Below are positions 1 through 13,585 of a stretch of DNA of 64,000 bases, one piece after another; within the stretch, counting starts at the first letter, position 1; every line of letters starts with the position of its first letter. This stretch comes from Lingula anatina. Lineage: Eukaryota > Animalia > Brachiopoda. The DNA is taken from positions 7,936,001 to 8,000,000 of the forward strand of contig CM120645.1 in NCBI GenBank assembly GCA_051362555.1, read 5' to 3'. The notes under the pieces are model-generated. The model saw nothing but the letters and a program-made list of their open reading frames with translations. It did not search any database and was not told where the DNA came from. Both the position numbers and the translations under genes were made by a program.

Positions 1-371
1 TAAACTTAGAAGTTTTGGATACAAATAAAGGTACAGTGAGTCGTTGATCATGAATGACACTGAAGACCCATACGACCGTCAATCAGAAACTTACTTTTAG
101 TGAACGTTTTAGGTGCACTTAAAGCACACGAAGTGCACGCACCTAATGCGATATTGTCCAAAATAACATTATAACGGTGGTGTCAATCCTTGTTTGCCTA
201 ATCTATTTTTCATGTTCATTTAGAATGGTTTTAATTATTAAAACGCATCAGCGTATCGACAGACATCTGAAGATGTGCGCTTCATCAATGACATATCATA
301 CTGAAACACCTGTAGCATTCGGCTTGAACCCGCGTTTTGTTAAAAATGGCTTCGAATAAATCACTGTCTAA

Positions 372-539
372 GGCCCCATTCAGAATAGGGGACCAACTAG
401 TCCGAGGGTCAAATATGGCGACCCACTACAAAGTTTGCTGTCTTATCCGCTAATAGACACTGTGGAAGTATGGAAGTATTCAAGTGAGTCGGCCATATTT
501 GACCCTCGGACTATTTAGTCCCCTATTCTGAATGGGGCC
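372..539. mobile_element. MITE, PIF/Harbinger-like
   Basis: 48-bp terminal inverted repeats (GGCCCCATTCAGAATAGGGGAC...CAAATATGGC, 2 mismatches), flanked by TAA on both sides (369-371, 540-542), the typical Harbinger 3-bp TSD; no ORF. Confidence 0.85.
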
Positions 540-1788
540 TAACATTCACTAATGAGATCTAAAGGTATTAGATTAGTATGAATGTTGAACTGAATGTTTC
601 TAGGGGATTTTTTATTTGACTTAAATAGATTGTACGCCAAAGTAATCCTTGAATGAAATGTGGTAAAAGTTGGAAACAGAGGGACAAGACCTCGATCGTC
701 ACTTTCCTCTGTAAAGAGAAGCTTGAGAAAACGTTTGGCTTTTTTTAATCATGGTGGTAGCAATCCTGTCCTACCTGCTCGAGGAGGTGTGTCAGACAAA
801 TAAGCTGATTGCACTCAGCCAGAATCTCCGCAGTGTTGGACCGTCTTAGCTACTACGTTGTGTGGATCTGAATGCTGTCCTACTTTCAAAACTATTGTCA
901 ACAGTTTGATACACTGAACTTTTAAGGCAATACTGCAAACTAGAAATTCCACTGCATTTTCATTAATAATTCTTTAGAAATAGTTGGTGTGAATTAATCT
1001 TGGTGTTTTTTCCACTCAATAACATATTATACGATAATATATGATAATCAACTACAGCAATATATACAAAACTCTATCCAGATGATATACTGGAGTAAAG
1101 GAAATGAACTGCTCTTTCAGTGACAACATGTAATTAGAAATTTTTGATTACTTTGAGGGCAATATCAGATATTTTTCCATTCTTCATAGATAAATGCAAA
1201 AACTGATTTCTGTTTTGTGCCATTTTTTTTTCCTTTATTTTCTTTTGGCTATTTTTTATTATAAAAATAGGACAAGTAATAAAAAATTCTAATCTAAAAT
1301 TTTACTCTTCTAGCTACAAATGATCACATCTAAAATTAGATGTCTGATACAGTGAAAAATATTCATTGACATTTGTTGAACATGGACCACAGTCGGTTAA
1401 AATTTTGTATTTTAACACATCTGTAAATAGTGATAGAAGCCAATTTGGGCCATACCACCAGTAAAATGGTCACCTTTTTCTATACCATATTTCTTCTCAC
1501 TACCTTAAACAGTGGATGTTAATTGACAAAATCCCTCATGGAGTGCTACAACAATGGGAATAAGAATGAGAATTAAGACCATCAGAGTCTTCAGCGCAAC
1601 CAATAACACTCCCACCCAATCAGCACACATCAATATATTCGCCAGCACATTTTTCTGATCCCACAGCTCATTTCCAGCTAAGTTTCTAGCGTAGTTTATC
1701 ACACAGAATTGCTTTCAACGTCCAAGTCAGTCCAATCCTGTTCAGTCATTGGCCAACCATTACACCAATAATCAGCGCGTGTTATTCC

Positions 1789-3497
1789 TCAGGTGGGCGT
1801 GATTCGTCCCTTCAGTATCTTGACGTCCTCCACTGGTTTGTCGTTCTGGTCAGTTTCGACCATTCCCAGTCTCTGGACCACAGACATACCTGATGCCACT
1901 CTCCCAAAGATAGCATGTTTGCCGTCCAACCACTGGAAATAATATAATAAATATATGACGAAAATATTTTTTTATAAAAACTGAAAACATTGACACCTGC
2001 TAACCACACAACAATCCATGGCAAATATAAATTGGAGCAATCAGGGGAAAAGGCTGAAATAGAAGATCTTGTATTGCTCCAGATGTTTTAAATTATGTAA
2101 TATTTCTTACCAACATCTACAATCATAGGAGTTTTCAATTTTTTTTTTTTTTTTTTTACTTTATATGATTTTTCAAAACATACAGTTACTGGCCCCTGAT
2201 GAAAATCACACTGATATGCTAGTGATCTGATATCAGTGGTAATAGTTCGGAGTCCTTACCTGTGTTGGGGCCAGCGTAATGAAGAACTGACTGCCATTAG
2301 TGTTAGGTCCACTGTTCGCCATGGACAGGATACCTGCCCCAGTGTGCTTCAAGTCAGGATGGATCTCATCCTCAAATTCTTGACCATAGATGGACGCTCC
2401 ACCTCTCCCTGCAATAGTAATGCACAGTGTGATGCAAGCTGGATTTTTCATACAAGTTATGAATTAATAATATTTACAAATACAAAGTAATAACACACAC
2501 AGAACATACTTTTGCCCTTCATTCTCAATATAACATTCAAGAAACAAACTGATGTTTGTAAGTTATACTCTTCTGTTCAATAAGAACTATCGTTTAAATT
2601 AAAAACTGTAAAGACAACGAATGAAATGAATGAAACAAGAGAAAAAAGTCTATAGAGTGCCCTCTACTATTTAATACAAACCTGTGCAATCAATACCAAC
2701 CTGTACCAGCCAATACCAATGTGTACCAGTTAATACCAACATGTAACAGCCACACCAACAGAACCTGTACCAGTTAATATCAACCTGTACCAGTTAATAC
2801 CAACCTGTACCAGTGGGGTCACCACCTTGAATCATGAAGTCTGGAATAATTCTATGGAACTTGACCCCGTTGTAGTACCCCCTCCGGGCCAGCTCAGCAA
2901 AGTTCCTGCATGTGTTGGGGGCGTGTTTCCAGTACAGCTCTATAACTATGTTACCCATTCTGAAAATAAAATATTGGTTAAATATCAGCAATGACAATGA
3001 AGTCCCTGTATGGGAGTGGGACATGTGATCATTAAAACTCTGTACCTATTTTACACACCCATACAGTTTTACTTACCAATACCTGTTCCTAGGACAATAT
3101 TCCATATCCTTTCATTAAGTATTTTTTCATTTGAGAATGATATACAAATAGTTTTTCTTTGTATTATTGAATATGACATATTAATTAAAAATGTAATGGT
3201 TACAGAATAAATATGAGAAAGTGACTTTTGAATACTTTCCTTCATTTTGGCAAAGCCTCTCACACCAAACTCCAAGTCAAAGCAATGACAAAAAGTCTTA
3301 CGAGGAGAACACGCGACCTTAGCCGGTCATAAATATTTTACCAACTATAGCATATTTTGTTATACGGATAGCACCGGGATCATTAAGTACCCCTGCACGC
3401 TTTTATTATTATTCATGATAATCCAAAAACATAATATTTACGTTGTTTCCAGGGTAACATTTGCCGGCTGCCAGTTCTTTGGAGGGATTCCCGACAT
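1789..3497 (-). CDS. PPIL1: Peptidyl-prolyl cis-trans isomerase-like 1 (spliceosomal cyclophilin), 167 aa
   Basis: Exons 3497-3442, 2959-2805, 2408-2260, 1932-1789 (504 nt, GT-AG). Protein [79 protein letters not shown]...[44 protein letters not shown]; the WQP.V.LET and ELYWKHAP segments are characteristic of PPIL1. Confidence 0.95.
2692..2815 (-). repeat. 20-bp minisatellite (about 6 units) made of the PPIL1 exon 2 end and splice donor
   Basis: Sense-strand unit ACTGGTACAG|GTTGGTATTA; the unit at 2796-2815 contains the real exon/intron boundary (2805/2804). Confidence 0.9.
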
Positions 3498-3837
3498 CTT
3501 GGATGCGAAGTCAATTCGTATATATTTAGTTTCGAATAAATTAATCATCCCTATTTCAAAGGATTGTAATACATTATTTATGCTTTAATATATAATAATT
3601 TTGCCATTATTTTAAAAAATATTTTTGTGGGGTTTGCTAGATTAAAGTTTCAAATGCAAAAATACCAGATGTTATCGAATTTACTTTACAGGGAATACCC
3701 TAACTTTGAAGGTGTATATCCTTACTTTGATTTCTTTCATCGTCATTGTAGTTGGTGATTGTAGTTTATACACTGACTTCATACACTGCTTTTCAAGATT
3801 TATTTCACCTAGAGAGAGGTTCAGTAATATCAGCAAG
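3498..3837. promoter_or_regulatory. Probable bidirectional promoter PPIL1/PDCL, including a non-coding first exon of PDCL
   Basis: PPIL1 ATG at 3497 (-); strong donor CAAG|GTAAGC at 3837 (+) upstream of the acceptor CAG that abuts the PDCL ATG at 4054. Confidence 0.6.
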
Positions 3838-4053
3838 GTAAGCAAGTTTAAGATCGAAGATTAGAGTCGACAGAGGATTAAGGTAAATGTTCCATTTTGT
3901 TTCTCAAACATTGTCTGTACCGAGATTTTTTAAAAATCTTTTTACTTCTAATATTACTACGACAAAGTAATGTGTACAGCTTTGAAAACTATGCTCAAAT
4001 GTATATTGAACATATACAGCAATTTTAGGATCGTACACACATTCTCTATCCAG

Positions 4054-4983
4054 ATGGCTCTCAGCTTAGATGACCGCCTGCTCGGGGAGAAGATGGACAA
4101 CTACTGTAGTAGCAGTGAGGATGAGGACGGAGATGAGAAGGGTAGTGGTGATGATGGTGAGGGTGCCTCGAGACAGTCAGCCACCGGGGGAGCCAAGTTT
4201 ATACCAGAACCTGAGCTGAAGGCTTACAATGGACGCTGCACAAATGTGAGTAAACTTGGACACTGATGACCTGCTCCCCAAATGATGTTACTAGTATATG
4301 GATGGAATATTTTATAACAAGACAAGGTGTTTTCTTTTTTCTTTCAGATTTTTGTCTTTAACATGTATGATAAAATATCCTTTTACATCTTTTTATTACA
4401 AATTGATGCTACTGTAAATGATTTCGTGGATGAAAATAAAGAAATGATGAATTATGTTTTTATCAGATCTGTAGAAGTCACAATTATGAATGCATTGCTG
4501 CTACATAAGTTATAATAATTTGTAAGCAGTTGCTTGACGTTTTTATAACTATATAATTAGGGAAAAATTACCCTATTTGTGGTGTTTTCAGACAGGACCA
4601 AAAGGAGTTATAAATGATTGGCGAAGGTTTAAGCAGTTAGAGGCTGAGAAAAGAGAGGAACAAGACAGAGAAAAGTTGGAACTTCTCAAAAAGCTTTCCA
4701 TCACGTGCAGATCACATGTAAGTATGATGGCATTTACATAGAAGTTAGGCCCATTGAAGTTAGCTTTTGGGTTTTGAAATCTTGAAAGATTTGGATATTT
4801 CTTCTTATTGTATTGATCATAGGTTTCTTTGATATTTTGTTTCTAGCTAGATGATGACAAGGAGAAGAAGAAGGATGAGGATTTTATGTCACAGTTGGAG
4901 GAACTAGAGGATATGGAGGATGAATTCATCAAAGAGTACAGGCAGCGGAGAATAGAGGAGATGAGAAAGGCCGTCCAAGCTTT

Positions 4984-5032
<49 letters not shown>

Positions 5033-5637
5033 CAAATATTTGCTGACATTTATGCATATTTGCTTGCTTGAATGAATATTAAAGGCATTTAGTGGGAATA
5101 TGCTTACATACACAATATTGTCCGTATAGAAAATCCTTATTCTTGATTTTCATACTTTTAATATTCATCTTTAGATCCATGAACACTTTTAAACATTTTT
5201 GTTTTTAAGGTAAAACTTCAATTTAAAAAAAAATTAACTTCTAATTGACATAATATTTTACTTGGCATATTGCAGGCCAAAATTTGGTAAGGTGGTGGAG
5301 CTGGATGCTAGTAGCTATGTGGAGTCCATAGACAAAGAACACCCTAGCACCACAGTAATAGTCCACATATATGAGGAAGTAAGCCGTTATTCTGTCATAA
5401 ACAACTCAATCTCAATTCCATAGTAGTAACCCACTTGAACGAATATTGGGAGTCTTTTTTGTTTCATGGCCAAACAATTGTAATCTACAGTTATGGTACA
5501 CTTTGTTACAGTAGGATGGAAGTCAACATTCTGTTATGCACAGTCTCTATCCTGCAGTTATAGCACAGTTTATTGTCTCAACTAACGCAATTCTCGGACT
5601 GAGGTAACCATTCCAGAACATGCATGCTCCAAAACAC

Positions 5638-5677
<40 letters not shown>

Positions 5678-6739
5678 TGTATGTAATAACATTTTGTTAA
5701 ATGTCACTTTTCCACATTCTGAATTTTTTTTATCTAGGGTGTCGCTGCATGTGAAGCTATGAATGGATGCCTTATGTGCCTTGCAACAGAGTATCCTACA
5801 GTAAAGTTCTGTAAACTCAAGGCTTCTAGTGCAAGACTCAGCTTGAAATTTGTAAGCACAAATACATATGAATCTGCTTTCTCTCATAGTTTGTTTAATA
5901 TAAATTTTTTGTTGTAGTTCAATTAGATAACTGTAATGAAAAGAAAATTTACTTACATACACCATCCTGTAATATCTATATTATTTCATCAAGCTTATAT
6001 GATAAAAGTTATAATATGAAATAATTAATTTTATTTATTTATTTTCTAGGCGGAAAATGGTGTGCCAGCATTACTGATCTACAAGCACGGGGACCTGATA
6101 GGGAATTTTGTGGGATTAGCTAGAGAGTTTGGAGAAGATTTCTTTGCCACAGACATAGAAAGCTTCCTGCAAGAGTGAGTACGATGTCAGCACAGACACA
6201 GTAGAATGGCCAGCATTTTACCACTTCAGTCATACAGGCAATTTCACAGTTATATGATGCTATTTTCCAGCAAGGCAAAATCCAATGTATGGGCTGCATG
6301 TTGGATTCAGTTTCACAATTGTTTATTAGACTTAAAGTTCATGAATTGCCTTGTGAAAAGAAGCCACATTTTTGCCATTTGGATGACATTTGTGTGTCCA
6401 AAAGTGTTTGTGGTTCAATTTCTTTTTTTTTTTTTCATCCCAAGTCAGTGGTGAATTTGCAAAAGTATCATTTCTCTTGACCATTGTCTTAAGCAAATAA
6501 AACATGTGGTGAAGATTTTGGGTGCTAGCATTATCAAACTTTTCATACTTGAAATGATATGCAAATGACATTATATCTATTTTGATGATAAAATGGAGAA
6601 TTTCATTCTCATTCAGTATTGAAGACATTTTCTTTTTTTTCTTTCCAGATATGGCTTCTTACCAGCTCAGGAGATTGTGAACTCGGTAATACGGCAGCAG
6701 CAGGGACAACAGCAGGACAGTGACTTTGAACTGGACTAG
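4054..6739 (+). CDS. PDCL: Phosducin-like protein (PhLP1), 295 aa
   Basis: Exons 4054-4245, 4592-4717, 4847-4983, 5276-5378, 5738-5851, 6050-6174, 6649-6739 (888 nt). Motifs [38 protein letters not shown] (G-beta-gamma binding motif) and a thioredoxin-like C-terminal domain ([31 protein letters not shown]). Confidence 0.95.
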
Positions 6740-8734
6740 CCTACAAAATTGCTCAGTATTTATGACCAATCCCAGGGTCAAACACATAATAAGTAGTATA
6801 AAGTCATAATAGTGGATTTCCTTACATGACAACTGTTCTTTCATAATCTGACCATGTATGTCAGTAACATAATGTTTTTGACTTCAATAATTCAGCTCAT
6901 TGACAAGAGATTAATATATCATGGCAACTGTTTTTTCATATTCTGATGCTGATATAGATGCCATTTGTATCAGCTGCATGATAATATTGACTTGTGTAAT
7001 TTAGCTTAAGCAATTAATGTATCATATTATTTCTTGGTTACTTGTCAATGAGTTTTTGACAGAATATTTGAATATATGAATTTTTGCCCCATCTGCTATT
7101 GCTAAAGACTAAATTTATTTTATTAAATAAGGTCACAACTGAGTGTGTGTAGTGTATGGCCACAGTTGTGACCCAAGGGCATGAGATGAACAGCTGTTTA
7201 TTATTGCCATATTTTATTTTATTGTACCGTGTTGTCATTGTTATTTAATCCTGTAAAATTGCTGTTTTTATGTAAAATGTAAAAAAAAAAAAAATCTTTT
7301 TGAATGGAAATAATCCAGACCCTCACCTGGTAAGTAAATATGACTGCTGATATAAACAAATTCTTTGTCCTGTCTTAACCTTAAAGTTAATTTCATTTTA
7401 CTAGTTTCTTTCCTTTGAAACATCATATAAAAGTAAATTGAGCAATTAACATGTAGACAAGATAATCAAAAATAATTTTTTTGAAATTTGATCAAGGAAA
7501 ATTTCCATATGTTCACAAATTTAAATATGAATTTTTAAAATTTACTTATATGTTGATGTTTTCTCAAAGCTTAAAAACTTATAAATTCCAATTTTTGTCT
7601 TTATTTTACTGAAACTTTTACGCTATATTTATGTTGTATTTAAGTGTTTCATTTTGCTCAAAGTGCAATATTTTAATTTATTGTTAGAAGGTATTCACAT
7701 GTGAGTTTTAAACTGTGTGAATGGGTATAACAGTGTGTGTGTGTGTGTGGGGGGGGGGGGGGAAGAGTACAGGATAGGGGAAATCAAATGTTATTACAGG
7801 TGCTAAGAAGTTAAAACAATACATATAGATCTCATATGATACCTGGTGTGTAAACTTGTCTTATATAGCACAACTTTTATAGTTTCTTGAATGGTTGTTT
7901 AAATCAGAATGTGGAAATGACTTGAAAAATTGACACTCCACTTTTTCCAATATTTTCATTGATTTGCTTTTTTTCATCAATTTTTGGTTTATATTTTTAA
8001 AAAATATGTTTATTTGGCATTAACCCAATTCAACTTATACAAAATATTTTCTGGTATTTAGAAAAAAAAATTCATTTCATTCAGATGTAGTGTAAAATGC
8101 AGTTAATTTATGCTGTGAAATTTTCTTTATATTCAAAGTTTGGAGCAGTAAAATGAATGCAAATACCATTTATCATGTAGTATCACGTAGATTAAAGATG
8201 TTGTCTTCTAGTTATAGTTTGGCTTTAAATAAAATGATGCACCTTTATCTTGTTAAATAGTCAGGCTGGTTCCAAGGTGCAGTACGAATCAGTTGTTTAG
8301 GGGGCTTCATTTATAATTTTAAGCCATTTTTATCAAGTTTTCCTTAAAGAGAAACAAGGCTGCATGAATTGTTTTCAATATGTTTTGGAAGATTTGCTGT
8401 TAGTCAGATTCATCATTATGTTGAGTCATTGAATAAATGTATCAGAATTAAATTTGCTTATTCGCTTGAATATTTACCCTTTGAGGTTCTTTAATGAGAT
8501 ATAATTTATTTGTTAATATGAGTAAGGGAAAGCGAGGGATCGTAGCAATAAAAAACAAGGCAGCAAAGCTGTCAAATGTACAGACAAAAACCAGAAAATA
8601 AAAATGCAGGAAATAGGATACTGTCAATTCTGATGAACTAATGTATTATGCTTACTGTAACTGCATAGCCAACATCAAATTCTTATTCTGCATAACATTG
8701 GATTAGGATGAAAGTAAAATGTGTATCAAGCATT

Positions 8735-8956
8735 AGACTAAGTTCCCATACCTAGATCAATCTAACAGGATCAATCCAACTCCAAGGGGTTTCTCACTAA
8801 ATTGCTTTCAGTTTGAGAGTCTTAGGATTCTTGCATGCCAGTTTCAGTAGGCGTGACAGACAACTAAGCCACTTACATTGATTGCAATTTAGCAAGAATT
8901 CCCATGGAGATAGATCGATCCACAGTTAGCGTGATAGGGTCTGGAAATAGTCCCTA
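8735..8956. repeat. Degenerate inverted repeat (old MITE-like) inside HINE-like copy A
   Basis: About 70-bp arms (AGACTAAGTTCCCATACC...CTAAATTGC / GCAATTTAGC...GGAAATAGTCCCT) are imperfect reverse complements; a fragment (TGGATCGATCTATCTC) recurs at about 59949 in copy B. Confidence 0.55.
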
Positions 8957-9055
8957 AGGTGTCAGGCTGATAAGAGTTTAACTTTGGAAATGCCAGAATG
9001 AGGTACAGTGAAAATTACACACACACAAAAAAAAAAAAAATTGCTTAAATTCATA

Positions 9056-9156
<101 letters not shown>

Positions 9157-10470
9157 GCTGTATGTCAATCCTAAGAATCATTCTTGTAACTTAACAAAAT
9201 ACAGAAAATGTTACAAAGTAAGAGTACAGGGCTCCTGGCAGATGGGAGTGATAAGTCACAACTTGAAAATGCCAGTATAGCACTCTATAAACCTGCAATG
9301 CCTCCAAAACAGAAAACAATCACACTGGTTTTCAAACACAAGCTGCGCACTTCTGTCTTATGAAACTTTTCACTAAGTTTCAGTATCGTAAGTAACATGG
9401 TTTTCCCTTAATCGCTATCCTGGCAGCAGTGTCCAAAATAGGGTTTTCTTCAACTTTCATGCAATAAAACATAATACTTAACAGCATAATGACCATCAAA
9501 TTTTTTATAAAAAAATAAAAGTATCATGAATATTCAGAAAATGTGATTTGGGAAGGTCTTCAAGGCCATGGAAGTTCAGAGTCACACTTTCAAAATGCCA
9601 AAATGTAATCAAGGGATAACTGTACTGAAATGATTTTCTTTCCATTTTCAACACCTTTTTTAAAACAAAATGATCAATAAACTGTCATTTTTAAATGTTC
9701 AACTAGGAAAATTGTTGACATAGGAAAAATATCAATAGAACAATTTTCAATGTCCAATTTGCTCCATTTGCAGATGCTGAACATAGTGAATGATTAAATC
9801 TGACAAACTGCAATGATGACTTACTTTCCATTTATGATACTTTATTACACAATGCACAATATTATAACAGGAAATGTCAAAACAACACTTTTACATATCT
9901 TATTAGTTCCATAATGAGACTGTTAACATGCCTAAGAATTAAATCTGAAGAAATAACAATTATATACAAAAATACAGAAAATGCACAGCGCTTCTGGTGG
10001 ATGGGAGTATAAAATCACATCTTGAAGATGCTAGTGTTTGAAAAATAATTTTAAAAAAATTTTTAATAAAACGTAAAAAATTCCAATAAAGCTGCTATTC
10101 AAACTTTTAATCTAGCTGTATTAACTTGATATTAATAACCCCACCAAGTTTGAGAAAAATAAAGCACTGTTATTCATCTGTAGCATGTTGGCATAACACA
10201 TTCTTTTTGTTGTAAATTATTTGCAATGTTAAACACCATTTATCTGCACAATTATCACCAAATCCTAATTTTGTGACACAGTTAAGAGAGCTAAACCTAT
10301 GGGACTTTACAGGGAAATCTCAAGGAGTGTTTTATGTAATCTCATTTAATGGCCAACTGAAAATTAATGAGTAGGCAAGTGACTTTATAGACCTTAATTT
10401 AATTAGTGATCACCCAAGGGACAATTTTAAAGACTGCTATCCATACAGTACCGTCATATAGCACAAAGGT

Positions 10471-11436
10471 GTTGCATACATGCTGAAAAAAGTGAAAAAA
10501 CAGCATTACTTCCCTAAAAATGACCCGATCATGCTGATTTTCAAACTTGACCTGCGTATTATGAATATTCATTAGTTCTGCAAGTTTCAAACCAAAAGGT
10601 TCAATGGTTTTCCACTTATCATGTTATCAGTGTTGCATATATGCTGAAAAAAGTGAAAAAACAGCATAACTTCCCTAAAAATGACCCAATCATACTGATT
10701 TTCAAACTTGACCTGGGTATTATGAAGATTCATCAGTTCTGTAAGTTTGAAACCAAAAGGTAAAATGGTTTTCCACTTATCGTGTTATTGGTGCTGCATA
10801 TATGCTGAAAAAAGTGAAAAAACAGCATAACTTCCCTAAAAATGGCCCGATCATGCTGATTTTCGAACTTTACCTGCGTATTATGATTATTCATCAGTTC
10901 TGTAAGTTTCAAGCCAAAAGGTAAAATGGTTTTCCATTTATGGTGTTATCGGTGCTGCATAAATGCTGAAAAAAGAGAAAAAATAGCCTAAATTCACTAA
11001 AAATGACCCAATCACGCTGATTTTCAAACTTGACCTGCGTATTATAAATATTCATCAGATCTGTAAGTTTCAAGCCAAAAGGTAAAATGGTTTTCCACTT
11101 ATCGTGTTATCGGTGCTGCATATATGCTGAAAAAAGTGAAAAAACAGCATAAATTCCCTATAAGTGACCCGATCATGCTGATTTTCGAACTTGACCTGCG
11201 TATTATGAATATTCATCAGTTCTGTAAGTTTCAAGCCAAAAGGTAAAATGGTTTTCTACTTATCGTGTTATCGGTGCTGCATATATGCTGAAAAAAGTGA
11301 AAAAACAGCATAAATTCCCTATAAGTGACCCGATCATGCTGATTTTCGAACTTGACCTGCGTATTATGAATATTCATCAGTTCTGTAAGTTTCAAGCCAA
11401 AAGAAAAAATAGTTTTCCACTTATCGTGTTATCGGT
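10471..11436 (+). repeat. Satellite-like array, 6 x 161 bp
   Basis: Unit starts G(T/C)TGCATATATGCTGAAAAAAGTGAAAAAACAGC at 10471, 10632, 10793, 10954, 11115, 11276. Confidence 0.95.
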
Positions 11437-13383
11437 AAAAGTGCACGGCGACGACGGCGACAGCGACGGCGACGGCGACGACAGACGCAGATGATGGCTA
11501 TATGTACAGACACATCTGTGTCTGTACATAAACATTGTAATAAATAGAAGAGAAGTTGAAAAGTTGACAAAGTTCCATTGGAACATATTAAACTGGCCTG
11601 ATGTATTTTCCTGCCATTGTAAGATTTTAATTAGTGCTCTTGCTTTGCCTTTTAGATTGATAAGATATGTGTCATCTCACATTTTGATGTATTTAATTTC
11701 ACTGTTGAAGTTGTTCTTTTTCAAAATTCACATATCTTTTTTTAGCTATAATTAGAATAATTGAACAGATGTCATAATTTTTTCTTGTTTATCATCAACA
11801 TAATGTAATTCTACTACCACAGACATTTTGTAGAAAATTCCAATTTTTCCATCATGTTTTCTGGCCACATGGCCACAATTACCCTCTCAGATGTGTAAGA
11901 GTAGCACCGAGGGTCTTTGGTGTGAAATTTACCCTTTTATAATGATTTGGCAACTGTTCTGCACTAGCAATATAAATTCCTTCCGCCACACACAAATGGG
12001 CTGAAAGAACCCAGGCATTGTTTACTTATTTTTCCGTTAAGCACCCTTAGAAATCAACGGTGCATTTAGCATTGTTTGTTCACGTGACCCTTCACAAACA
12101 GTACCCCCTGTTTTTATGCCTCGCCAGTCCCATTGTGCACAGCCCTAGAAATCCTGCTGTGCGTCTCAATACAAAGTTATTGATTTAAGGTAAGTTCTAT
12201 TGTAGCCTAGTTTTATACTGTAAGGTATCTACCAGTTAAATGTGTGTGGAGTGGGAACGGGCTATTCTGTATTAACTCGGACATTACGTGAGTTGTTTGG
12301 ACTTGTATGGTCAACTGGAGTGTCAGAAGGTGCTGGGGTGTTCTATAGGGTTTCTCTAGGACAGCTTTTTGGAACTTGGGAGACCATCTGTTAGTTTAAG
12401 CCGATGAATCTAATACATTGCCTGTGGCACGCCTTCAAACACCTTCAACCGTACAAGGACAAGCCTGTGTGAATTGTGGATACACCGACTGAAGTCCCCT
12501 GTGTAAGTACAATGTATAACATAATGTGTGTTAGACCAAGTAGACTTATTTCAAAGTCACCTGCATGGATTAAATAATACTAACCTCAGTTTTTAGGGTT
12601 AAAGTGATGCATAAATATATACATCTAAAAGAAAGTCCGTTGTTTATTCATTTCTTATTACATGAGGCTGAAATTTTAGTGTAGAGATATTCAGTTATAG
12701 AATTATTTATTATTTGATGGGAGTATTTTTTTCATCTTTGGGGTTCAGATATGGCCATGTTTAAACAGACATGCTTACGTCCCAGGGGATAAAAGGTAGT
12801 TCAAGGAAGTAAATACTACACGCTCCATTTCACTTCAGTGTACTCAGCAACTCTTCTTCAGGTTAACACTGTTGCTATGTTATGCTACGTATACACTGGA
12901 AATCTCCAGGTGCTGTGTATCATTTACACCACATTTTGAAAATTACTGGTTCCGCACCAGTATACTGTAACAATACTGACTTGCATCACATTTTGAAAAT
13001 TACTGGTTGTGATGTTGGTTTACGGTTACAAAACTGGTTCATGCTCTCTAGGAGCAAACATTGTACCTGGACTCATGCTCCTTAATTAGCTGTAAACGTA
13101 TAGATTACCTTACAGGTGCACTTTGGTAAAATACTAATTTGTAGTATTCTGTGTAACAGACAGCTGATAAATGTCAACTATTATTTTTATAATTATAGTT
13201 TTTGAGCATAGATATCATTGTAGAGATGAGTTGCAGTTTAAGTTTTCAAAACATGTTTCAAAATGAGTAAACATGGGTCTGAAGAGCTAATGTTTAATAG
13301 AACATGTTTAAAATTTGACAAAAAAGTGATCTTCAAAGATGTGCAGCACACTACTTAGGCTGACAACTCTATAACTTATAAAA

Positions 13384-13585
13384 GGGGGCATCTTGATAGT
13401 CTGGAGGTTCATTGGTCCAAAGGTTCATTGGTCCGAAAAATAGTAACATTTTCATCAGTTTTTTAATCAACAGGTCGTTAAACAATGAATAATTAAACAG
13501 GTCATTGGTCCGAAGGTTCTTTAGTGAACATTTGGACCAATGAACCTTTGGACTATTGAACCTTCGGCTTATTGCTACGGCCCCC
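13384..13585. mobile_element. MITE with GGGGGC...GCCCCC ends and subterminal AAGGTTCATTGGTCC repeats
   Basis: Inverted subterminal motifs (GGTTCATTGGTCC / GGACCAATGAACC); flanks TTATAAAA / TTATAAAG (near-perfect 8-bp TSD); a degenerate relative lies at about 20239-20400. Confidence 0.7.

Noticed and set aside
91-230. Minus-strand donor (AAAA|GTAAG at about 96) suggesting an exon of a gene leaving the window
   Set aside because: No ATG-initiated open frame reaches it; it could be a UTR exon but cannot be supported here.
12200-12600. Possible solo LTR
   Set aside because: No clear TG...CA ends with TSD and no second copy; more simply a 5' region of the downstream gene.
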